This document shows, in pieces, positions 13,702-26,100 of a stretch of DNA of 64,000 nucleotides (position 1 is the first letter of the stretch; every line of letters begins with the position of its first letter). The position numbers and the translations under genes were made by a program. The notes below the pieces were generated by a model. It searched no databases, had not been told where the DNA came from, and saw only the letters and a list, made by a program, of their open reading frames with translations. This DNA is from Amphiscolops sp. MND2022 (taxonomy: Eukaryota), in contig OZ076417.1 of assembly GCA_964187785.1 (NCBI GenBank), forward strand, positions 20,336,001-20,400,000, in the 5' to 3' direction.

Positions 13702-16700
13702 TTATCTTGGAAAGTAGTAAAAGAACTCACCTTTCTTTTCTCTAATAACTTGATCGTTATGTTTCTTCACGGCTTGGTTTAAAAGCGTCGTCTGAAGCAC
13801 TTTGATGCGTTCATTTGCTTCTTCTACTTCCCCTCTCGTGGAAACCGGGTTAAGTGTTGTTTCTTTCAATCGTTGGATTTCTTGAAAAAGTGCTTCTTTT
13901 TTGTGACATCGAGAAAAATGTCTTTGTGGCTTCGTAAACCAAGTCCCATCAGCACAGAGACCACATGGATAGCTTTTAGTTTTGTTTGTTCCCAGTCGAA
14001 GGATTTGAATTGCAGAAGCGTCGTATGCGTTAACAACACAATCACTGACATCAGGTACTTGAAGTGAGCTGTTAGGTGGCGAGGGAACGTTGAACAGTGT
14101 TGCGGAGGATGCAATGCTTGTTTCTGGCTCAATAGATAAATTATCTGAGGCCTCCGAAGCAATCAGCGACGGACATTTTAGCGGCTTTTCAGACTTGTTG
14201 ATGGCGGAAACCCTCTTTTTCCTCGAAGGTGAAACGGTCGTTTCTTCTTCTTGCTCATCTGATAGTTCCTCTGAACTTTCCACATCAGCCACTTCATCAA
14301 CTTGGAAATCAGCGTCCGAACCATCACTTGATGCATATGATTCCGTGTCACATTTTGAAGAACTCTGGCTATCGTTTTGCTGCTCTTCATCCTCTGCGTC
14401 ACTGCAAATTGTCTGGCTCTGGGGCACTAATGGTGTCGAGGATGTTCGAGGAAGAATGTCAGATGGAATACCTGAACACGGATGAGTTTGGTGTTTTGTT
14501 TTTTTTTGGATCAAGGAATGGAATGGGTATGAAAAACTTGTTTCTTTCTTTCAATACTTTTCACCAATGTTTTCAATGGACACTTTTGATTACCAACGTT
14601 TTGAAGAAAGATGGTAAAAATTGAGAATTCCAAATCTAGCTAAATGTTACTTAGATAATAAAGGTTTTCGGAACGTGTACTTCAAGAAACTGGCGTTTCA
14701 AAACTACAACAATTGTCTTTTCTTCAATGGGATTAAAATGGTTTCTGAATGGATTGTTGAAAACAATCAAGCTTCGATAAGCTCATCCCTGTTTCGGTTT
14801 CATCTGTGTTTCTGAGGTTTGGAGTTTGGAATTTGGTGTTGGAGGTTTGGAGTTGATTGGTGGTCCATGAGGGTGCGGCAAGTTTTTCCATACCTTCATT
14901 GACTTGGCTTGTTCCTCTGCAGGGAGTGGTGCAGGGTTGCGAAGTTTCTTCCTCGATAACACTGAGCCTTTTTGATTCTGTAGTTTGCGGTGTTAGATTA
15001 CCATCGGTCAAATGTTGATTTTCATCAGAGTCATCATCTTCATTCCATACTCCCCATTTTGTTTTTGTTCTCCCAGCAAACTTCGGAACAATTTGGACTC
15101 TTTTGCTAGTTATTGGTTTTCTCTGGACTTTTGTGTTTCCTTGCTGCTGCTTTGTTCGAGCTGCATTTCCTTTTATTGAAGTTGGAAGACGTTTTCTAGA
15201 CACACTAGGTGCCTCAGTAGCAGTATTTTCTTGTACTTCACAGTTGTCGTCAGCGTCCGAATTTTGGCTGCTCATCACCACTTCTGATTGGTTTGTAGTT
15301 TGACTTCGCTTGTTAAAAGAATCTGATTCAATCCGGACAGCTGATTGCAAAGAAATGACGTTAGAGGAAACACTACAACGAGCTGAGGTCTCACTGACGG
15401 TATCTGTGCTATTCGCAGAGGTCTCGTCCAAGAACCTGGTTGAAGATGTACTTGAAGTAGATGGTTGTGTAGATGTTCTACTGCTGCGTTTTGAGCTTCT
15501 CGTTGATACAGAGCGGGCCTCGTCATTTCCTTTAAACTTTCTTGCATAGATAGCCATGCCCCTCATTTTCTTCCGAACTGGTGCGAACAAGTCAACAAAC
15601 TGCTCCTCGTCTTCCTGCAACGCGTTATTGTCTTCCATTGGGACTAGATTTAAGTCAAGTGCTGGAGATTGTTTGAATGAGTCAGGGATTTCCACTCGAA
15701 AGGAACCATCGTTTGGAACGTTATGTAGAAACTGCCATCCACTAGCCGTCTCGCTCCAATTGCTTCGTGACTTCCAAGGCTGAAGGTTGTTTCCGTAGTT
15801 GTACCGCAGCTCGTCTCCTGTTAAGACAAAACGATTTATCCAAGCAGGCAAAGAAAAGTTCTTGCTGCTTGTCACTTTCCTGCCTTAGAGAACCCCCGAA
15901 AATAACGATGTTGTCCCAAATGATACCGTTTCAAATTTTACAAATTCAACTGAAGTAGGGATCCCGGGTCGACCTTAAGAAGCCCACCTCCTCCTTCTTT
16001 AGTTCGTTATTTTGAATATTTTGATGAACTGATTAAAAATTGTAAACTATCTGAAAAAACGTAGATTGAAAACGTACTCGAAAACTTGGAAACGTTACGG
16101 AGCCTTGCAGTTCAAATTACCATTTCGAAACATTGATGTTAATCAATTATAAAAGAGAAATCTAAAAAGGTGAATTTACAGTAAAGAAACTGAATAATTA
16201 TTGTAAAATTTGATAAAGTAAAATTGCTAAACGGTATAAACCAGGGGTGGGTAGAAACTAATTAATGCGGAATTATTCTGATAAATAATTTATTTTGACT
16301 GCCGCAAAATAGAATTTATTTATTTTTTCTAAACGAAAGAATGAATTCTTTATTTTGAGCGGATTCTTGCATAAAAATTATTTGTTTCTAAGGTGAATAG
16401 TAAGGAAATACTATTTTACCCATCCCTGGTATGAACTCACGAAACAATGACCATAATTTGTAATGGCTTACCTATGGAAATTTTGGAAACAGCCTTGAAC
16501 CAGAGGACACATGATGGCTCCCCATTCTCTTCAAAGGGATGCAAATGTGGTTCGCAGTTTGGTTTATGGAATGGATCGGTGTCATTTATGAAACGACCAA
16601 TACTTTCTTCCAACGACGTTCCATCAATAGTCCAATGTTTGTTCCTCCACTCAATGCCAAAAATTGCAGGGCCCACTTTATTGTCTTGGGAAAGACGCCC

Positions 16701-16871
16701 ACGATAATTTACAATAAAATCTCCTTTCTCGAATTCTTTGAGAACAAACACTCCCAATCCGATGGATTTGGAAACAATTTTGATTTCTAGCCAATTTGGA
16801 TCGCTGTTGGCAAATTCCTCTGCTAGATCGGTGGGTTTCTTTTGTCTCAAATTACGAGTTCTGGTTGTCAT
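13702..16871 (-). CDS. Spliced SET-domain (KMT5A/PR-Set7-like fold) protein with long acidic/Ser-rich linker and CxxC...H...H Zn-finger-like region; probably 3'-incomplete
   Basis: Exons 16871-16472, 15817-14894 and 14471-13731, all phase 1 with GT-AG. SET motifs GLGVF..EFEKGDFIVNYRG, IGRFIND, KPNC and, across the intron, G|DELRYNYG..PW. Exon 3 has CGLC...RHFSRCH...HNDQV and ends at a strong GTGAGT donor. Confidence 0.8.
16242..16428. mobile_element. hAT-type MITE in intron 1 of the SET gene
   Basis: CAGGGGTGGGTAGAA / TTTTACCCATCCCTG termini; 8-bp flanks GTATAAAC / GTATGAAC (7/8 TSD match). Confidence 0.75.
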
Positions 16872-17019
16872 CTGCAAAAAGAATAGTTTGTATTGCACCA
16901 TTGAAACCATCTTTCAAAATTGTTTATAGCTACAAACGTTTGTTTATAGCTACAAACGTTCTTCAGGGACTTGAGGAACATATTGGATTTCCAAATACCA
17001 AAATTACACAAACGAACAG

Positions 17020-17336
17020 CTGAAAACAGATTCGAAAATCCACAACATGAAAAGAGTTTATATTACCATGAAGTTTAGTTTGACCAATCTTTCAAACCAA
17101 CCAATTCGAATATCAAAACTTTCATTCTTCTCTGCCACCATCAATCTGATATCAGATATCTGATATCTTTATGGTTTGTTCCAAGATTTCCAGAGGCGCT
17201 ACTTTGAAAATATTTGATGGAGGCAGAAAAGAATCTGTTTTGATATTCGAATTGGTTGGGTTGAAAGATTATTCAAGTCAATTTCATGGTAATATAAAAA
17301 CTCTTTTTTGTTGAGGATTTTCGAATCTGTTTTCAG
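17020..17336. repeat. Fold-back (MITE-like) element with ~125-bp imperfect inverted arms
   Basis: ctgaaaacagattcgaaaatcc...ctgccaccatcaa is mirrored by ttgatggaggcag...ggattttcgaatctgttttcag. Confidence 0.8.
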
Positions 17337-18549
17337 GGACCACACTTAGTAAGGAGAAATCGCTTGAAATCACATTTAGTCAGGAGTACCCAGAAAACAT
17401 TGGACAAAAAATATTTGAAATCAAGCAACTGAAAATAATCTCATTTCGGACCAAAAAAATATTTGGTATTGATTTTCAACTAATCTGATTCATAAAAAAA
17501 TAAACTCGGTCAATAATGATCACTCAAGGAGAGCTTGGTAACTGAAAAGTTGGTGAAAATCAATGAATCCAGAGAAGTTTTAAAAGTTTGAAAGTCAAAT
17601 TTAAGAGTGACACTTACTTTCTGCTGATTGCGCTCGTCTGAATCGAGCGACCAAAATAAAAGTAAAGTGTAATTTATTGCACAGTATTTTTTACTGTAAA
17701 TGGTTGTTAAAGTTTGGTAGTTAAATGGTAGTTAATGTTAAATTACGGAAAGTTTAAAAGTTTGCAGAATGGAAACTCGAAAAAGCATGCAGTTTTTAAG
17801 CAATCAATTTTATTTGTTGAATCGATTTGACTGTCGCATTGAGAGACAACTGAGAAAGTGATTCCCGACTGACCGTCTGAAGTAATCAACCAATAGAATT
17901 CAAGAAACTTTGACGTCAGACCAACTCGGCTTTCCACTTGATGTGAACGACAAGTTACTGACCTCATATCTGATGACTTTCCGCTGCAACCTGCGTTTCA
18001 AACACAATTCGTTGACCAATCAGCGATCAGTTCCTCATTCGGTGGACAGATTCAACTTCGCGCTTTACATTAGCTAACTAGCTATATTAACTAGCTAACT
18101 GTTAGCTGAACTGAAGCACACTGTGAACATGCAGCATATAATGAAGCAAAGATTAGCTCATAAGCCGCAATGAGAGCTTGAAAGGACAGCATGTTCAAAC
18201 TGAGATGAAGAAGGAAAGTTGTTGAAAGTTGAGCGAATGAAAGTTGAATGAATGTTGGAAGAAAGAAAGTGATGTTCCCCATTTCCTGATATTACCATGC
18301 AGGGCTGTAAAAATATAAATACAGGATTTATTGTACTGGAGAAATCAGAATTGAAACTGACTTTCAAAGAGCAATGAGTAGTAATCAAAATGATGACTTT
18401 TTTTTATATCTATTGTTGCTTTAATTGCTTTAACTATTGGAAAAAATTAAGAACCATATAAAATTAACTTGAGACGAAAAGTGAGCATGAAAATTAGAAA
18501 ATGTAAATCAATAAATATTGGGAATAGTAAATGGAATAATAATGAGCAA

Positions 18550-19747
18550 TTAATATTGAGAATTTTGAAATTGCTCGAACTTCATCTTGAGAGCTTTTAA
18601 AGTTCCTTGTTTGGCTTCTGAGCAAACATCGCATTTGACATAGAAGAACCAATGTCTGGCAGAGCATAGAACATTCCGCTGTTTCTGATTCACTACTTTC
18701 GACACTGATTCATCGTCAATTTCGGGGATCCAAAACCGGCACACTTGTGTCAACTGATGGATAAAATCGTTGGATAGAAATTTCTGGTTGTTTCTGAAAA
18801 CAGAAAAACAAAAACCCAGACAAATATTGAAGCCAAAATAAAGTTTCCCTGAAGTCTAACGCATGTGGACAAGCTAAAATTTAAAATCCTCAAACGAATT
18901 TAGAACATCCCATTTCAAAATAAACAGATAAATCAATCCAATTTCTTGGTTTTAGTTTCAATTGTACACCAAAAACCCGATCCGAAAAAAGAAAAACAAA
19001 AACCCAGACAACAATTGAAGCCGAAATAAAAATTCCCTGAAGTCTAATGCATGTGGACAAGCTAAAAATTCAAATCTCAAATGAATTTAGTACATGCCCT
19101 TTCAAATTAAAGATGAATCAATCCAATTTTTTGTCTTTTATTTCATCTTGTACGTCAAAAACCAGATCAGAAGAAAAGAAAAACGAACACGGACCAACAT
19201 CGAGGTCAAAATAATGTGTCCTTGAAGTCGCTTGCCTGTGGACATTTGCATTTAGAAGCTCCCATTTCAAAATAATTTTGAATCACAAGCTGACTGGTTA
19301 ACTACGCAATTCAGAAAATTTAACCTGCGATAAACAGTTCGGGTAATTATCAGCACGTCTAATGAACAAGCATCAAAAAGCAATACAAAGTTAAAAGTAG
19401 TAGGAAACGAAGTAGTACTTGTATTCCTAGGTAAGACTGTCTTCCTTTCCAACACTTTGTACTACATATTGTCTCCTTTTTGAACCTTTCATTTTGATCT
19501 GTACCATTATCTCTGGTTCCAAGAGATCGTAATACAATTAAGAAATAGAGGAACTATACCAACAATGTGGAGACTTCACATGGGTGCTTCCGGAGTAAGT
19601 TCACACATACGTGTTTTGTACCTCGAACTCCGAACAACTGGATATTGGGTCCAAGTAGTTTTAAAAATAACTGCGGCTTAATAGCCAGCAAATTTAGTCA
19701 TTTTGGAGTAGTTATACTTCGAATCTATCTCCACAGACTGTTTGCAT
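18550..19747 (-). CDS. Predicted 4-exon gene of unknown function (173 aa)
   Basis: Hand-threaded exons 19747-19718, 19670-19560, 19461-19325 and 18793-18550. All introns are GT-AG with matching phases (0, 0, 2), total 522 nt. The last exon contains RHWFFYVKCDVC. No homology recognised. Confidence 0.45.
18800..19275. repeat. Degenerate tandem repeat, ~185-bp unit, ~2.5 copies
   Basis: gaaaaacaaaaacccagaca...ccctgaagtctaa.gcatgtggacaagctaaaa recurs at ~18800, ~18990 and, degraded, ~19175. Confidence 0.8.
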
Positions 19748-20177
19748 GTCTCTGATAGGTTTTTTTAACGTCGATTGAGTGCCTGACCGCACAACGGTGA
19801 TCCCATATCTGGGTTGGACTGCATATCGGTGTTTAAGGAAGAAGTATCGACCGCATATCTTGCCTTGCATACAAGCATACATACATACATATGTATGTAT
19901 CTAATCGTGTTATCTTGTAATCTCATATTTAATTCTACTTTCGTGCTGAGAGTGTATTTTTGAAAACTTGTCTTGCATAGTACAAAAATATCTTTTTATA
20001 CCCCAATATAGTCAAATTTTTCTTTTACTTTCACTCTACAAGCCGCACTACTTCCTTCTTCACAAGTTTGAAACATTTTTTATTGATTGCAATATGAAGT
20101 TTGAAACAGTTTCCAAAGCCCGTTCTTCACGTTTATTGAAAATGGAATAAACCCTTCGCTCCCAATGACTTCTTCAA

Positions 20178-23100
20178 ACTTTGTTCACTCGCCCATGTTT
20201 ATTCATAACTCATCGACAACTTAATTCCACCTTACTTCTCCAGCTCCAAAAGTTTTCAGTTTTGAATGCTCACGTTGACGAGCATCATAAATTTTTCTCA
20301 AGGCCGATGAAAGACGACTTAAATGTTTCATGTTCTTTAAAACCAAATATATTAAAACAACTTGGCAAACAATAACTTGAACGTAGCTGTCAGCCGCTCT
20401 GAACGAAACTTTTACCCTGACCTCTAAGAAACATTGCACCAATGTTAACCGAACATAGGAAGATAACACCATCTTAGGTTGTTCTCACACCTTAAGTGCA
20501 GTACAATTCTCAAGCACACTTTCTAGAACAAGTACAATCATTCAAATCATACATCTCATTAGGAAACATGAACCTCGCTCTTCCTTAGTGCAGATATAAA
20601 ATCTCAATTTTTTTTCAAACATTCCAGGTTGATTGTGATGTATGACCTCAAGTGTTTTCATAATTTCGAAATTTACTTGGACTCTTTGACCGAATAGTTT
20701 TGTCGTGAACTCCAAAATAAATTGAATCACAATCAAGAGTAATCAAACGCTGACTCCTTGTTTCTCTGATACAAAATCAGAGACGCCTGATTTAATTTCT
20801 CTTGAATGAAACGTTTCACTCTCCTTAATTACAATTGAACTCTACTCTTTTATCTTCAACAATTCAACGACTCCAGAAGGTAATCAACAATGAATTTCAA
20901 GTTTTCTAAAGTAAGATCCACATATTTGTTTCTTTGGCAACAAGTGCCCCATAAAAACTTGGATAGAAGGTTCCTCTAAGAGAGAAAGATTACAAACCCC
21001 CTTTTTCTTCAACGACAACCTTTATCGTCTTTATCATTTAGTTAACATCATTTGAACCCAATAACTTCACATCCAACATAATTCTCCCTTTTTAACAAAA
21101 CTCAACACAACGCAATCTTTCAATTTTAATAATGATTTTTTCTACGAGTGAGATTATTAAATGGTGTCCAGACCAGGATCTCCAACAGCTGCAAATCAAA
21201 CGGAAGCCATAAAGCCAACAGAAAACATCATTGAAGAACCGCAATTATTACGATTAAAATTGTCTAGAAGATCTCACAAGGGTTATATGCGACGGCTATT
21301 AACCCAAGCAAAAGAAATACTACAAAATAAAGATACAACACTGGAAGCCCTTGCAATACTTGATCAACAAATTAAATCGAAGAAAGAAGTTCTGTCAACG
21401 AAAAACGAAGAAATTGAAGCACTCACCTCATTGGAGAAATTGGAAGAAGAAATCGAAGAAACTATTACCTTCACAGAGGAAATCGACAATTGTGTTTTTG
21501 AACTAGACAAGATTGTAAACAGACTTTTAACAGCCAAAGATGAATCAACCCAGCAAAGAAGAAAACCGGATGCAATCGGTACCATCTAACAAACAAATAC
21601 AAGACTCCCCAAGATAGAGATGCCAACATTCAAAGAATATGTTTTGAGTTTCTTCTTACTGGGAATGGTTCGATGCCAACATTAATTCACTCACCACACT
21701 AAAATCAGTTCAAAAATTCAGTTACCTGAAGACAACTCTGGAAGGAGAACCGTCAACACTAATCGCCAACTTGGAAATGACAGCAGTAAACTACAACTCA
21801 TTGGAAGTTTTTAAGGACAGATACGGGGACAATCATCGCATCATCGAAGCACCCTACAGAAAACTACTTAACTTAGACCCAAAAAGAGGTAGATACACTC
21901 ACTTGAAGCAGTTTCCGACACCTTGGAGCTACACATAGCTACTCAGTAAGAGCTACTCATTAAAAGAGAACTACGTCCATACTAAATTATGGAACAAGAC
22001 AGAACCAAAAAAGTGAACTCAATGACAGAATTGCAATCCTATTCGTCAGCAGCCTTCTGCACCAACCAAACCCAAAGTTCCAAAAGAAAACACAGAGAAG
22101 GAAACGAAACGAAAAACTACACAGAACAAAAGAAACGAGCCACGAAGTGTTCTTTTAGCGGATCATCACATCGCGCCAGCGATTGCCTAAAATACGCCAA
22201 CATTAATGATCGCCTCGAAGTAGCCAAACATGAAGGACTATATTTCAATTGTCTGGGAAACACCAAGATGGATCGTCTTTTGCAACTCAATGCGAAAGAG
22301 GAACATGCCCAAAGTGCGGTGAAAAGCACCACATAGCACATCACAAGGAAGGCAACGGAGAAAAGAAGACAGAAAAACACAGAAAAAACCACAGAAATAC
22401 AATCAAACTTCACCTACGCCAATCAGAGCGGGATCCTAAAGATATTTATGGTAACGGTAGCTAACAGAATCAGAACAGTGGAAGCAGCAGTTCAACTGGA
22501 CGACGGATGCTCGGACACCTTTTGCACTCTCAACCTAGCACAGAAGCTTTAGCTACCTACAACATTACATCAACGACTTAGCATTTCACACTTTGGATCG
22601 GAAAATGAAACTTACAGATGTTACAACATTAGCCCCATCACGTTAAAGACAAATGAAGAAAATGTTCACCAGGAAGGAATTGTTGTACCCAATATGTGTA
22701 CATAGAAAATTCACCAGCCCTAACGATACAGAAAAGAAGAACAAGTGAAGGACAAGCCTATTGTGAAACCAGTCAACGAAGGAAGAGAAATCAACCTCCT
22801 CATCACACCAGACTTTTGCTACTCGGTGGTAACAGATGGAGTCATCCGACTAAACAATGGAACAGTCGCAGTAAAAACCAAAATTGCATATCTTGTCTGT
22901 CGTGGCCAACACAATGCTCCACCACAGATTGACAGTTACTTCACAAAAACACAAACAGTTCTCTTTGTTGCAGACAAAGAACACAAGATAATAAATTAGA
23001 CGACTTTCTACAGACTTCAGCCTCAGAACCCGAAGACTGGACAAAATACAGCATCTCTACCGTGGACACCCGAACATGAGAAATCAAAGATTCCGCAAAA

Positions 23101-26100
23101 TAGACACAAATCATATCACAGAGCAAGAAACATGATCGAGAAAACTTCAATCGATAAACAACTCCTCCAGAAGCTGAAGGATATTTTTGGAGATTACAAA
23201 CGATGTGGATTCAACAGCCTGACGACCAACTACAGATACAACGACGACAAGTGCAGCTATCTGCCCTGGCATGTCGTCTACAAAGATTACTCCATTCACA
23301 CCAAAGTTTGGATTGTCTTTGAGGACAGAGACTGTTGCAGAGACAAACTATTGTGATTGTCACTCAACGACTTTCTCTGGAAGGGACCCAATTTAACAAA
23401 CATCCTAGTTGAAATACTCCTCAAAATTCGACTACATTGGATTGCTTTGACAGTAGACATCGAAAAAGTTTTTCTCCAATGAGAATCAAAGAAGAAGACC
23501 GAAGATACTTGAGATTCTATTACCTACGAAACCCGGAAGACGAAGATCTAGGAACTGGACGACTAGCTGTCTACCATTTCAACAATATTGTTTTGGATCT
23601 CGAGCGTCTTCTTTCATCCTCGCAGCCGTTTTACAGCACCATCTACAGAAATGCAATATGGAACACTGGACATTGGAAGGAACATACTTGTGGACAATCT
23701 CGTCACAGGAACTGACGCAGAAGAACAAGCAAAAACCTATTTCAGAAGCACCAGGAAGATCATTCAAGAAGCATCACTGAACATTCGCGAAAGGACTTTG
23801 TTCAATCGCCCATGTTTGTTCATAACTCATTGACAACTTAATTCCACCTTACTTCTCCAGCTCCAAAAGTTTTCAGTTTTGAATGCTCACGTTGACGAGC
23901 ATCATAAATTTTTCTCAAGGCCGATGAAAGACGACTTAAATGGTTCATGTTCTTTAAAACCAAATATATTAAAACAAGTTGACAAACAATAACTTGAACG
24001 GAGCTGTCAGCCGCTCTGAACGAAACTTTTACCCTGACCTCTAAGAAACATTGCACCAATGTTAACCGAACATAGGAAGATAACACCATCTTAGGTTGTT
24101 CTCACACCTTAAGTGCAGTACAATTCTCAAGCACACTTTCTAGAACAAGTACAATCATTCAAATCATACATCTCATTAGGAAACATGAACCTCGCTCTTC
24201 CTTAGTGCAGATATAAAATCTCAATTTTCTTCAAACATTCCAGGTTGATTGTGATGTATGACCTCAAGTGTTTTCATAATTTCGAAATATACTTGGACTC
24301 TTTGACCGAATAGTTTTGTCGTGAACTCCAAAATAAATTGAATCACAATCATGAGTAATCAAACGCTGACTCCTTGTTTCTCTGATACAAAATCAAAGAC
24401 GCCTGATTTAATTTTTCTTGAATGAAACGTTTCACTCTCCTTAATTACAATTGAACTCTACTCTTTTATCTTCAACAATTCAACGACTCCAGAAGGTAAT
24501 CAACAATGAATTTCAAGTTTTCTAAAGTAAGATCCACATATTTGTTTCTTTGGCAACAAGTGCCCCATAAAAACTTGGATAGAAGGTTCCTCGAAGAGAG
24601 AAAGATTACAAACCCCCTTTTTCTTCAACGACAACCTTTATCGTCTTTATCATTTAGTTAACATCATTTGAACCCTATAACTTCACATCCAACATAATTC
24701 TCCCTTTTTAACAAAACTCAACACAACGCAATCTTTCAATTTTAATAATGATTTTTTCTACGAGTGAGATTATTAAATGGTGTCCAGACCAGGATCTCCA
24801 ACAGCTGCAAATCAAACGGAAGCCATAAAGCCAACAGAAAACATCATTGAAGAACCGCAATTATTACGATTAAAATTGTCTAGAAGATCTCACAAGGGTT
24901 ATATGCGACGGCTATTAACCCAAGCAATAGAAATACTACAAAATAAAGATACAACACTGGAAGCCCTTGCAATACTTGATCAACAAATTATATCGAAGAA
25001 AGAAGATCTGTCAACGAAAAACGAAGAAATTGAAGCACTCACCTCATTGGAGAAATTGGAAGAAGAAATCGAAGGAACTATTACCTTCACAGAGGAAATC
25101 GACAATTGTGTTTTTGAACTAGACAAGATTGTAAACAGACTTTTAACAGCCAAAGATGAATCAACCCAGCAAAGAAGAAAACCGGATGGAATCGGTACCA
25201 TCCAACAAACAAATACAAGACTCCCCAAGATAGAGATGCCAACATTCAAAGAATATGTTTTGAGTTTCTTCTTTCTGGGAATGGTTCGATGCCAACATTA
25301 ATTCACTCACCACACTAAAATCAGTTCAAAAATTCAGTTACCTGAAGACAACTCTGGAAGGAGAACCGTCAACACTAATCGCCAACTTGGAAATGACAGC
25401 AGTAAACTACAACTCATTGGAAGTTCTTAAGGACAGATACGGGGACAAACATCGCATCATCGAAGCACCCTACAGAAAACTACTTAACTTAGACCCAAAA
25501 AGAGGTAGATACACTCACCTGAAGCAGTTTCCGACACCTTGGAGCTACACATAGCTACTCAGTAAGAGCTACTCATTAAAAGAGAACTACGTCCATACTA
25601 AATTATGGAACAAGAAAGAACCAAAAAAGTGAACTCAATGACAGAATTGCAATCCTATTCGTCAGCAGCCTTCTGCACCAACCAAACCCAAAATTCCAAA
25701 AGAAAACACAGAAAAGGAAACGGAACGAAAAACTACACAGAACAAAAGAAACAAGCCACGAAGTGTTCTTTTAGCGGATCATCACATCGCGCCAGCGATT
25801 GCCTAAAATACGCCAACATTAATGATCGCCTCGAAGTAGCCAAACATGAAGGACTATATTTCAATTGTCTGGGAAACACCAAGATGGATCGTCTTTTGCA
25901 ACTCAATGCGAAAGAGGAACATGCCCAAAGTGCGGTGAAAAGCACCACATAGCACATCACAAAGAAGGCAACGGAGAAAAGAAGACAGAAGACACAGCAA
26001 AAACCACAGAAATACAATCAAACTTCACCTACGCCAATCGGAGCGGGATCCTAAAGATATTTATGGTAACGGTACCTAACGGAATCAGAACAGTGGAAGC

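Larger units (their letters stand above)
12944..19867 (-). mobile_element. ~6.9-kb inverted-repeat-bounded DNA element carrying a SET-domain gene (Crypton-like/unknown class, no transposase visible)
   Basis: 63-bp inverted repeats at 12944-13006 and 19805-19867 (57/63 identical by hand alignment), eight copies of a GACYGCATA(T/C) motif near the ends, and internal same-strand genes. Confidence 0.55.

Noticed and set aside
14090-15783. Plus-strand ORFs overlapping the SET gene
   Set aside because: Antisense shadows of low-complexity coding exons. The same applies to shadow ORFs over the BEL and Gypsy elements.
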